Shown here in pieces: positions 1 to 11,241 of a stretch of DNA of 32,442 bases. Every line of letters begins with the position of its first letter. The stretch's first letter is position 1. A program made the translations under genes and the position numbers. Origin of the DNA: Paraglomus brasilianum (Eukaryota). Below the pieces are notes generated by a model. That model was not told where the DNA came from. It saw nothing but the letters and a program-made list of their open reading frames with translations, and did not search any database. Location of the stretch: the NCBI GenBank assembly GCA_910592345.1, contig CAJVPI010000375.1, positions 1 through 32,442 on the forward strand, given 5' to 3'.

Positions 1-75
<75 letters not shown>
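1..75. repeat. poly(A) homopolymer at window edge
   Basis: 75 consecutive A from position 1; could be an assembly artefact or a retroposon tail. Confidence 0.9.
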
Positions 76-76
<1 letters not shown>

Positions 77-963
77 GACCAGGAAATTTGCAATCGATCG
101 ATAATTGATTGAGTTCAAGAACGCGTGAAATCTGGTGGAAACTTCCCGAATTCAGAAGCCAATTACGAGATGCTAATAAAATTATGAGTTGAGAGCATGT
201 TTAACGGATTTTTCTGGTATCAGGACATTATCCAGAAGAACGCGTTATGGTATTTTATTGGGTGAAAAAATTGGACTGGCCCTTGTCTATCGATACGAAA
301 CCCCACGGACATCAACGGATGTACAAAATCAAGTCTTATTATTATGGACCTTTCCTTACTAATGCAATAACAAAGCTTGGACGCAACATTTGATTTGGTC
401 CACCTTGTTAATAGAATTAAATCGAATCCAAGTCAACTCATGTTGTTATATATTGATGTCACCGGATCGACGAGGAACTTTACTTACAAACATTGCCGTC
501 CACCAGCAAACACAACAGCGACAGCACGTCATCAATCACGAAAAGTAAACAAAGAAGCAATATACTCGTTAATGAGCTTAATTTCTCGCTATCTACTATA
601 TGAAGTGTTTGCTAGGAAATAGGAACCGGAGTCCTCCTTCGAAACCCCCTCAATATTGGATGCGATTCGGATGACAATATAGAAGTTGCTGGATTAAACA
701 GAAAAGTAGAGGTGAGTTCTTCGTTGTCCAAGCGAAGCCATATAAATAATGACGCCCTAACATTAACAGTATAATTGTATTGCAAAGATTTATTAATATT
801 GGAAACTAATCATTTAAATTGAGACTCTTTGGTTACAGAAAATTTCCCTAATTTTGTTCTGTCCTGAAAAATTTGCTATAACCAGATTATAGCCTTAATT
901 TATAAAGTACCATTTTGAGTTGGTATAAATAAATCTTCACTCCATGCCTTCTGAAACTTCCTA

Positions 964-3873
964 TTATCTGTCATTTAGGAGAGCATCCAAGCACATGACT
1001 AAGTCGGTTGTATCATAACGCGCCTCTTTTGGCATTCCAACAAGTCTCAAAATACCATCTACGATGACAAAAAAGCGAAAGGGCCATGGTTTGTACAATT
1101 TTAAGAAAACGTCATCCATCGTATCTGCAAACACGGGAATTTCCAGCCGAGTCGCTTTGACCATTTCACGAGCAGCAGCTAAACGTTCATCTAATGTGCG
1201 GTGCTCCTTAACGCTCACAACATTACCAATAGGCCAAACATCGGAAGCATGTGCTTCTCGAATTTGAATCATGTAGAAATCGATTTGTGAATTATATTTC
1301 CTGTATATATCATTGAGCACATGAGATATGCATCGGTATAAAGGACAGGTATATGATCCACCGAGAATAACGAGTGGCCGTCCAGGTTGACAAAGTGAGC
1401 GCAAGGAAACTAGTGTTGATGAAGGGTCTAGTGGAACCAGTGGACAATCAGGTGCTGGCATTCCTTCGGTTAGATTTCCCAGATGACAAATGTTATTACG
1501 AACATACACTTGAGTTGTATGAAATCGAGGATCATCTGGATGATGAAGAAAAAAAAAGCCTTGAGTGCACGAAATCGCAAATGTCAAGGAAAATACATAA
1601 AGAATCGATAACCTCACCTGGATAAATTTGTGGGGCACGCCGTAGTAGTTGTACAGCCTCATCTGAATAGCCGAATTCTCGAACCAATTCATGCTACATC
1701 TGATCAGTAACATCCATCCAGTCCTTACCACATGTGGGATCAATCCCGACTTCATAATATCGCTTTTGTATTTCAGGTGAAAATCTTCGCTTCTCTTCTT
1801 CACGTAGCAGGGCTAACAGTTCCTCTTTTGTAGTTGGAAGTATTGGGGAAACAGTAACAGATGTGGATGCAGATGCGGATGCGGATGCAGATGTGGTATT
1901 GCTTAGATCATCCTTTGGATCTACGATTTTGCGAAAGTAATGTAGCACATCATGGAGCAAGTTGGAAATCGTAATACAATCAGAGCATAAGTCATAGTCA
2001 GGACATTCTAAACATTTATATCTGTAGGTGGAGGAAAAAGAGACATGTAAGCAGAATTGAAAATTTTTACAGATAATAATACATATGCAGCTAAATGATT
2101 ATTAATTAACCTTATTCCTTTCCATTCTTTTTTGCCACAATAATCACAGACAATACCAACATGAACTCCACATTGCAAAAGTTCTTCAGGTGTTTGCATA
2201 TATTGTGTGAGTGGGGGCAATGCATCAAATTCTTTACGGCCACTGGTTTCTTGAAGCATCCCACCACGTAGTCTAAGTACAAGATGCAATACGGACTCAT
2301 TCAAAATACCATAGTCTGCCAGAGTACGCCCATCTTCCAATTGCTTGCCAGCAAAAATCAGACGCTGTTGGTCAGGAGAGATGTCTTCTTTATCCATGAT
2401 CTTCTGTTTAACATTATCAATGGTATCAGACGAGTTTACTATTAAAGTTATTGTGCAACCAGTCAGTGTTTTCACATAGATGTGCATTCCTGAAATAATT
2501 TCAGAAGAATAAGAAGGCACAGGTTTATATCTAATTACAAGGTGTAATGTGGAATTATTTTGAATATTATAATCCGACAGAGTATTCCCATCTTCCAATT
2601 GCCGGCCAGCAAAAATCAGACGCTGTTGGTCAAGAGGGATGCCTTCTTTATCCAGGATCTTCTGTTTAACATTGCCAACAGTATCAGACGAGTCTACTGT
2701 TAAAGTTATCGTTTTACCAGTCAGTGTTTTCACAAAAATCGTTCCAAGTGGAATCCCAGAAGAAATCCCAGCTGATTTAATCATGAGTAGTAATGTGGTC
2801 TCATTTCGAAAATTGTAATCCATCAAGGTACGTGCATCTTCCAGGTGTCTGCCATTATGTACAAGAGATTGTTGATCAGGAGGAACACCTTCTTTATCAT
2901 GGATTTTTTTCTTGAACATGTAAATGGTTTCACACAATCCTACTTTCAAACTTATCGTTTTTCCAGTAGCCGTTTTGACAAAGACCGTTATTCTAACTAC
3001 AAGTTCCAGTGTGGACTCTTTTTGAATATGGTAATCTGACAGGGTATGTCTATCTTCCAGTTGCACATGAGCATAGCTAATTTGTTGTTGATAAGGAGGG
3101 ATGCCTTCCTGATCCTGGATCCTTTCTTTAAGTGAGGAAACGGTTTCATGCATATCTACTCCCAGGTTTAATATTTTTCCACTCATCAATTTCACATATA
3201 TTGTTGTTGAACCTCTTGGAATCTTTGGAACGCGAATGCTGGGTAATCTGCTAGGTTTAGGTTGTCTAGGTTGTAAATGCAACGTGGACTCTTTTTGAAT
3301 ATTGTAATATGACAAGGTGTATCTGTCATGTAGTTGCATGCCGTCAAATACGATATCGACTTGATCAAGAGTAACTCCTTCATCTTGAATCATTTTTTTA
3401 AGCTGGGAAATGGTGTCACTCCATCTCACATTCATTTCTATAATTTTTCCAGTTGTCAATTTCACATAGATTAGAATTGGGCCTGTTGAGAACTCTGTTG
3501 TAGTCGGCATTGACTCGACATGTGACGGGACAATTGCACTAGTTGAATTCTCGCCTCTATCATACTCAGCTTTGACCAAGTCTCCTTCCTGTGAAACAGA
3601 TATGTGAGTACTAACTCGTTTCCAAGCAAATCGCTTAAATATTATATACTTCACCTTGATTCCAAGTTTTTCAAGAGTATCTGCAAATTGGATGTCTTTA
3701 TCATCGTATGTAAGCTTGTAGTGACTATAACTCGTTCCTACACAAGCTTGGAAGTTCTTCAACAGTAACTCTCCAGTAGTGTATGTATTCACATTAGCTA
3801 CATATACAGACTCTGTAAGGAACCGAATGCGGATAGGAAATATCGGAGGAGCAGGCGCAGTAGTCAAACGCAT
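964..3873 (-). CDS. Multi-ubiquitin-like (6 UBL) - ZZ zinc finger - iodothyronine deiodinase-like fusion protein with one in-frame TAG (possible pseudogene allele)
   Basis: Inferred exons 3873-3655, 3588-2111, 2021-1618, 1535-964 joined by GT-AG introns of 66, 89 and 82 nt; 891 codons in one frame including TAG at 1696-1694 (codon 675). UBL motifs ([13 protein letters not shown]...[24 protein letters not shown]; last unit ends LRLRGG). Spliced ZZ finger [33 protein letters not shown]...H...H. Deiodinase motifs [28 protein letters not shown]...[10 protein letters not shown]. Confidence 0.85.
1859..1895 (-). repeat. Hexamer microsatellite encoding (SA)n linker
   Basis: gatgtg/gatgca/gatgcg units on + strand encode [12 protein letters not shown] on minus strand after the ZZ finger. 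Confidence 0.7.
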
Positions 3874-4564
3874 TTTGTGACAAGCATTCTTCGTTATCTT
3901 TACGATTCAGTGTCTTTATAGTTACCTTCATTGTTTGGCCCTATTAGGAAAGGCCATATCGTAATAACACCGGAAGAACTGTCCGAGACGCCACCAATAT
4001 ACGAAACAATTACCTAACCCCCAAACAAACCGAATAAAGGAACGCGTACTCACCTATGCATCACAAGGAGCCCCTGAGCACAGGGAATAAACAGCACGGA
4101 TCAATCAGATTACCAGGCCAGGGCCCTCGTAATAACCTTAACGTTAGTCATCGCCGCATGCATAAACTATAGTGTTTACGATGTTCTGTTTAAACATATT
4201 GAGACAAGAAGAATACAGTATCCACGAACGTAGTTAAGCGACAGCCTGAATCGTTCGTTTCTGATGATAGTTTTGACATAATAAGAATTGCAGTTGAAAC
4301 TCTTGCGAGTCTCTTAATGGTTCAAACTGGTGTTGCCTGCATTGTAAACATCCCTTAAAAACAGATCGTCGGTCTTCTGCAAGAATTCTATTTAAGGTTT
4401 CGACTATTTGCAATCATAGTGCCTTACAATAGTTTACAATATATAAACCTCTACAAACTGCTAACGCCTTAATGCATCAACGGTAAGCAACATACCTTCT
4501 ACTTACTATTTTCAAGGATTAAGTATTAACTTCTAGTCCATACTTATTATCAACTATTAAATAG

Positions 4565-5260
4565 GGTTGGATGTCCAATTTTAAAAAAGGAAATTAAGCA
4601 ATATCGCATAACAGGAGAAGCAGGAATTGCAATCTTTAATTTCGCAATTACAATATAATTTGGAAGATATCTAAGGATCGCATAACAATAATGCTCGCAT
4701 GCAATCTAACTGGTACACATAAATTACCTGTTGTCCTTATTCACAAATACAAAAATCCCCCACTGTATTCGCCGCGTCAATAAAAAGACACTTCCTGTGT
4801 TGTACTATTGGAACAATTCAGCATATGGATTAGGCTCACTATATAAAACTACTCTGTAAGATAGAATTGATGCATGAAGATGAATATCAAAGTTATGGTT
4901 ACGAAATTCCTGCACTGAATATATTTCATGCAATCAACTGGACTGCAGAAGCATGGAATAACATAACTGATGATGTAATTTATCGATGTTGGCAAGGATT
5001 GGCATTATTATCCCTAAAGAACATCAAACGGAAAATATGTCGATTGAAATCGAAGAAAACAGATTTGACGGCAAACGACTATATTGGCATTGATTCAAAC
5101 TTGGAAGCAACTCAAGTAGTTGATGACAGTGAAATTATCGATGCAATTTAGGGTACAATTGAAAATGAAAAAGAAGCGGAAGAAGACAAATGTCCATCGG
5201 TTTCGCACTTTAGAAAGCATCCAAAATTTACTGAACTAATTACAGCAATCGAATAACGTT
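4565..5260 (+). mobile_element. Degenerate pogo/Tigger (CENP-B-like, DDE_1) transposase remnant
   Basis: Fragments GWMSNFKKR (HTH end), KDRITIMLACNLTGTHKLPVVLIHKYKNP, KKTLPVLYYWNNSA, NIFHAINWTAEAWNNITDDVIYRCW; interrupted by frameshifts, stops and deletions; no TIRs identified. Confidence 0.85.
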
Positions 5261-5386
5261 AGTGTAAGCAGTTCTGTTATCAGGACATTTTAATATAATA
5301 AGTTATGATAAAAACGACAAAACTTTCAATTCGAAAAATAATTATTTCATATAGAAATTGAAAAGCAACCAATTACAGTTATAGTA

Positions 5387-5560
5387 ATGGCATTCTATTC
5401 TTACATCAATGGACGCGTTTGTGGAAAAGGCTGCTATCAACAGGATGATTGTGCTTTTCATTGGAAAATGCGATCACGCTTTCTTTGTGGAGAGTGTGAC
5501 ACACCAACTGCTTCGAAATACGGTATGTGCAAATTATTGGAAAAAGAAAAACGTGAATAA
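5387..5560 (+). CDS. 57-aa Cys/His-rich putative zinc-binding micro-ORF (repeat-associated, possibly decayed)
   Basis: ATG 5387 to TAA 5560: MAFYSYINGRVCGKGCYQQDDCAFHWKMRSRFLCGECDTPTASKYGMCKLLEKEKRE; below the ORF-track cutoff. Confidence 0.45.
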   Translation: MAFYSYINGRVCGKGCYQQDDCAFHWKMRSRFLCGECDTPTASKYGMCKLLEKEKRE

Positions 5561-5759
5561 CGCACGGAGTGCGAGTACTGTACCTTGATATTCAAGTAAA
5601 TCAGAGGCAAGCCTCCTCACTTTGCGAGTCGTTTCAGCAGTTGTCTAATGCCAATTATTTCATATAACGCGAAAAAAATGATTAAATTGGTGTTTGACGA
5701 AATGAAAAATGTTTCTGTGGTACCACTGCATTTGAATCCCAACACTCAATGACTCCGGT

Positions 5760-6745
5760 GTTTTTGAAATCACCTTTTTATATCTGTAGGACGCGAAGTT
5801 AGCTGGGTTTCGGGTGGTCTATTATTGCTAGAACATTTTGCGTTTTGTGTAGCAATTTTTTCCTGTGGTCAAGGGCAATTTATTTTCAACATTTTGCTAA
5901 GCTTTTTCTCCATAATTTTTTCTACGATCTGTTCTAACCGCGTTTGTTTATACTGATTTTTCTCAGAGCTAGAATAAGGAGGCAGAGTTTTTGAACACTT
6001 CTTATTTGCTTCGCAAAGCGACTTACGTCGCCTCTGTGAAGGCATAGAACTATGTGTCAGAGACTCTGAGCTTCGTTCGTTCTTTTGCTTTACTTTTTTT
6101 TTTCTCGGCTTATATTGACATTGATCTCAGCTTCGGATTCACTTGAAGAATTTTTTACAGTTGCGAGCATTATGTCCAGTCTTACCACAGTTGAGCATCG
6201 ATGTTGAGACAATTTTTTGGACACATAAATTTGTGGATCGGGAAAAGGTTCTTTTTTGGAGGCTTTAGCCATAAAAGCTTCAACAGCACCTAATCTTGTG
6301 TTAGCTCTTCAGTAACATAGATTATTTAAGGTTGAGGCGTTTTTTTGATTAAGTATCTTCTGCGGACACCCTAGCGCTGTGCAAGTATATACAGATGTTC
6401 TAATGCCTCATTCTTCTGAGAAGTTTGAGGGGGGCGTATTTGAGCTGGTTGTGGTATTTGTTCTTGTAAGGATACCATTTTCGAATTTAACTTTTCGATC
6501 TCAGCAAATGTAATACCTGGAGAAGTAGTTACTGGAGCCTGATATATAGGCTGGGTAAGCCCAACTAATTGATGAGCTTTATCTCTCAAACCAGAAATAG
6601 GTGTTTCTAAATCGATTCGTCCAGCTTCCATTTGATTATCAGGAGTAAAACCCTGGAAAAATTGCTGTCTGACTAATTCGTCTTGATTTACTGTTGGAAG
6701 CATTGGGGTAGGCGAGTTTACCTACAGTATCATTGCCTTGAAAAA
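5760..6745 (-). mobile_element. Degenerate gag-like ORF with CCHC zinc knuckle
   Basis: NQDELVRQQFFQGFTPDNQMEA (gag-like helix) and, after restoring 1 nt near 6192, RCS(N)CGKTGHNARNC at about 6158-6200; multiple frameshifts; no pol or LTR seen. Confidence 0.55.
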
Positions 6746-6825
6746 GAGACTAAAACGCGACTTTAGTCTTATATTATTTAGACGGAGAATATGCTCCATC
6801 GCGTGGATTTGTTAGAGAAGAGCTC

Positions 6826-7370
6826 ATGCATGTCTACGACCCAGATAAGATCCAATATCCTCCTCAACGTATATTGTCTGAGAATCGGCTTACCCGGTTA
6901 GTTCATATAGCGCGAGTTTCCGAAAAATTAACTAAAGCCAAAAGACGTGGAGGGAGTGTTATAGCAAAAACCGGTAAAATAAATGGCTACAATGTTTTTC
7001 TTTGATCCTGCAAAATGGCGCACATCAATGGGAATATCCACTGAAATTAATTACGAAAAGGTTTGAATGGTGCCCAATTTGCCCGCATTTTACCGATGAG
7101 CGAGACGGTGTAGATATATTTTCAAAGATTTGCTGGGCAAAGACTTCCCGCCATGTACACCAAAGTTCTTAGAAGGGTTGTTACAATGAAGAGCTAAAAT
7201 TAGCGTTTGAATTTAACAGGCCACATCATTGTTATCGTAATGATTTGTATCACAGGAAAAACGGATTATGCATGCAACAAGGTATAGACCTTATTGAAAT
7301 TCCGTATACCTGCGATCTTTTACCTTACATTTATCGCTCATTGCAGGAAAAAGGGTATTTGAGTGCGAAC
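6826..7370 (+). pseudogene. Frameshifted zinc-ribbon + Vsr/PD-(D/E)XK-like endonuclease
   Basis: Stitched frames: AKRRGG...[12 protein letters not shown]...FEWCPICP...[22 protein letters not shown]...[12 protein letters not shown]...[13 protein letters not shown]; the catalytic LDG segment before YNEEL is missing. Confidence 0.65.
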
Positions 7371-8724
7371 ATTTGCAAACGTATTTTCAATAAATTTATC
7401 TCGATTAAAAAAATATATCGGCTAGTGAAGATATAGAATTTTCGATGACATGTACCAGCCACGTAAAGTGGAGTCTGTAGAAACTCTTTATGATTTATAA
7501 AAAAAAGAACATCATTATTATGTAGTATTTGGTAAAAGATGTAGATAACATGCTAATTATGATATAGGTTACTTTACGAAATTTCTGGAAAGGCCACTAA
7601 AGGAATTCAAGATACCACTTGATCGAGAAAAAGATCGTAAAAATCAGCCTACGCACTTGAGACTTAAAATAGATGAACATTTGAAGGTTCTCGCTCAAGC
7701 GACAATACAATCATGAATACGCCAAAATCAATTCTCAATTTTACAGTTGAGAAGAAAATGTCTGGGCTCTCGATTTCTTCGTCTTCAGAATTTCTTATCA
7801 AAAACGAATCTGACATAGATAACCTTACAGCAAAAATGCGAGAAAAATGGAAGGCCAATATTGTCTTTGAATTTCGGGATAATACAAACTACTGGAAAAA
7901 AGAACGTAAAAGTATAAACGAGGATGATTTCTTAAAACATAAGCGGGAATATGAAGCCCGCCTTGGTATTCCTACTACTCCATACAAAAAAAGAATTACG
8001 TAAATTTTCCTTGATATCTATAATGGTCTTAATTCGAATAGAAAGTGTAAATAAGGTAAATTTTTGGCGACTGAAGATTGTGGTTCAGCGAATTATTTAT
8101 CCAGGTAATAAGCAAGGGGATTGTTACTGTCCCTTACAATAATTTCTTAATACTTAAATCATATATGAGGTTTTTGCATTATAGTCTCATCTTACATGCG
8201 TGTTTGTTTTGCAATAAAGCATCATTATTTATAACCTTTAGAACTATTTGCGAAATATTTTTTATCGCACGGAGTGCGTGTGGTACCACTTCGCTTTGCG
8301 CGATATTTAAAAGGTATTCGATCCAGCTAAAAACGTTAAAAAAGTGCCGATTGCTGTCCCAAATTTTTTCTCACATAATTTTTTATCGATAAATGATTTA
8401 ATACTTTAAGTGTCATCATCGTACGCACCTATTACTATTTGTTTCTGCTTAAATTAGTTACGTAAGCAAGTTTTCGCGATCTCCTTTTTGACGATGTTTG
8501 ATAGTTCGAGTTATTTCTACCTTTACAGAGTGGTGATTATGACATTATACGAATATGATGCGCAGTATATTATTGCTGAATATTAAAAAGGGTATTATTA
8601 TACCGCTCTTTTTTTTATTATTATCAATGATTTCGTGTCATACTTTATGTATGAAAGAAATACTCTTAATCGCATTTATTTTTCTATTTCATGTCCCATG
8701 ATTCTACCATTAATACAACCAGTA

Positions 8725-11241
8725 CTACGCATCTCTTTTGGAGCCCTGCTGCTTTTGTTGGCCTCGTCGCATCAAGTTCTTTCTAACGCTTGTAGGACTA
8801 TGTCCCACGCCACCGGTGGGATCAAGAGACAAATACGGTACTCTTTCCCATGGTACTCCACATAAATGTGTGGAAGATTTAGAATTATGATCTAGCATGG
8901 CCCATACTGGAAGTTCAAGACTTCCTTTCATGATGGCAGTTACTTTTCTGAGAGTAGTATATGAAACTGGAGTGAGGATATGGAGTGTATTAGTGGAAGG
9001 AGAAATGGATCTGATTATGGCCAGTCCATGGCAGGTGTAGTTTGTTGGGTGTGGAAGCGGATGTGGGGGAGATCGGTAGTAGAGGGGTGGATGCTGATAA
9101 ATATGATATAATATGAAATAATGTGAATTAAAATTGTTCCAAGAGTAATGAGATGTATTAATGTAAGATATCAAATACCTATCAGGCATAATACGCTTCT
9201 GACAGTTATTCCAACTTACCGCACCAACAGACTCTGTAACATTTATCTTTTCGTTATTATAACGATCTTCTTTATCCTCATCACACACTTCCACAACCGC
9301 CTCTTTATCGACAACTGCATCTCCAATCAGCCCAACAACAGATCCGTTAAGAGCGTACAATAGGTGACTCAATGATACATCTGAGTTGATTAAAATCACG
9401 CCTTTGCTCAATCCTTTCTTCCAATTCAGACACCAAGGTACCCGATATACTAGTGGGTTGTTATAATCCCACCATGGTGAGTTCAACTCTAATAGATTTG
9501 ACGCATAAAAATATGATAAAAAGTTTAATGTCCGTCGAGTATGTGGAGTGAGACGAGTTGAGCTTGAGACAGAATCCGGAATATCAATGAGGATATGCTT
9601 TGGAAGATAATCTTTATGTTGAATATCAGAGGTAGTAGGAATGGTAGGACAGTTACGATAGAGGTTTGTTGGTGAATGGAATTGAAATATGTGTGTTGGA
9701 TTGAGAAATTTGATAATTTCGAGGAAGATGTCATGGCCCAGACCTGCAATCAAATTTAGCAGTTCAAATTTTGAATTTACATACAAATACAAGAACTCGT
9801 ATACTTGTAAATTTAATTTGACAATTACTGACCTTTGGTCCAGCCGTGAGCATTAAATATTAAGGGTACTATGCCTTGGCTTCTTGTGTCCTCATCCATA
9901 TGTCCCATTCGTTCCATTGCAATTTCATGTCGATATACGTTAACCAACTCGTTTAAACATGTGAGATAATAATCGGGATCATCCCTTGGCTTTGTATCGC
10001 CAATAAAATATGATCGATACGGTTGAGAGAGATGTGTAAATGAAGGCCCTATTGATCAATAAGTTAGTCAACCAAAGACTCCGAGAAGATATACGTGATG
10101 TCCTTAATGTAATGGTCAGATACCAAATAAAGGTGATTCGCAAACGGTTAGAGACACAAGGCCAGCGGGTGTGAATTCTGACTGTCCAACATCACTTTCC
10201 ACATATGCAACTTTGGGAAATCTATTCGAAGAGTAATGTAGCAATAAGATTGAAATACTCGAATGGTGACAGACAGGAGCAGATAACATACATGTTCAAT
10301 AGAGCATTTATCAGCATTCTTGAGAACGTTGATTTTCCAACATTCTTTTGGCCGTATGTGATGCTAATTGCTGGTATACTCCTAGAAGCTGCAAAATAAT
10401 CGAAAACCTCAACAATGATTGTCATATTCCAATATTGAGACAACGTCAAGCTTACCTAGTTGCACAGCTTCAGCAACAAATTGATTGATAGCCCCAGTCC
10501 AGGTCTCCGTTGAGGAAAGAGCGAATAGGCCAGGAGTGCTTTCAAATATCTACAATAATGTTATCAACGTCTAATTCCAGAATCTTACAATTCGTCGTAT
10601 CATACCGGATGGAATAATCTTAATCTGAACAAATCTTCTGCATCTGCATTGACCTCCTGACCGACTTGTCCAGAAAACAAATTCTTATATAAAGACGGTG
10701 CCACTCTTTCGATTCCATCAACTCCGCACCAAGCCATCTCACGCAATATAATAATTAAGAGAATATCGTCTGTATCCATGAGTTGATTTAATAGCTCTAT
10801 GGCTATTCGTTTTTCGTCTTTGGTAACTTTGATACTACTGCGGGCATTTAATTCGCTTTCTGTTGGCCATCTGTCAGGTTCCAATTTCAGCAATCCATCG
10901 CTAGAAGGCGAGAATAAAGGATAGTATGGAATCGTGACATTTTCATCGAGTAGATCGGTGAACCGAATGTTGTAACTGATGGGTATTGGCCCACGTAAAG
11001 TATGGTTCATGATAGTGATCGAACCTAAAATTGGAGCTACTAAAATGCAACCTTGGAAACATATTGACTTGTTGCGTTAGAATTAAAAATAAATAGATAT
11101 TAATAAATCCTCTAAAGCAACATGTAATATAAGATATCGGATGGCTACCTCATCTCTTCTCATGATCACCAAACATAATCCAGGCGCTTCTTCAGAACGA
11201 AGTACATTCAATCGAGTTGGAGTAAACTGTGATATGGCCAT
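8725..11241 (-). CDS. GRC3: Polynucleotide 5'-hydroxyl kinase Grc3/Nol9 (Clp1 family), multi-exon
   Basis: P-loop GQKNVGKSTFSRMLINALL, ESDVGQSEFTPAGLVSL, PLIFNAHGWTKGLG (across an intron), C-terminal CHGLAIIRSI...LHILTP...VPYLS; start MAISQFTP at 11241 has an in-frame TAA just upstream; internal exon limits approximate. Confidence 0.9.

Noticed and set aside
888..945. SECIS-like hairpin in the 3' UTR of the deiodinase-like gene (minus strand GTGAA...ACCA-ACTCAAAA-TGGT)
   Set aside because: No matching 3' GA of the kink-turn core and a weak stem; the active-site codon is TGT and the internal stop is TAG, not TGA, so Sec insertion is not indicated
1694..1728. Possible 35-nt intron GTAAGG...TACTGAT...TAG that would remove the in-frame stop
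   Set aside because: Splicing would shift the frame and delete the coding-like DWMDVT segment; shorter than every other intron in the window
2260..3480. Canonical polyubiquitin gene
   Set aside because: Units are divergent, separated by linkers, and only one ends in GG
7713..8003. 96-aa ORF as a standalone gene
   Set aside because: No recognisable domain; lies in decayed repeat DNA and is treated only as part of the cassette
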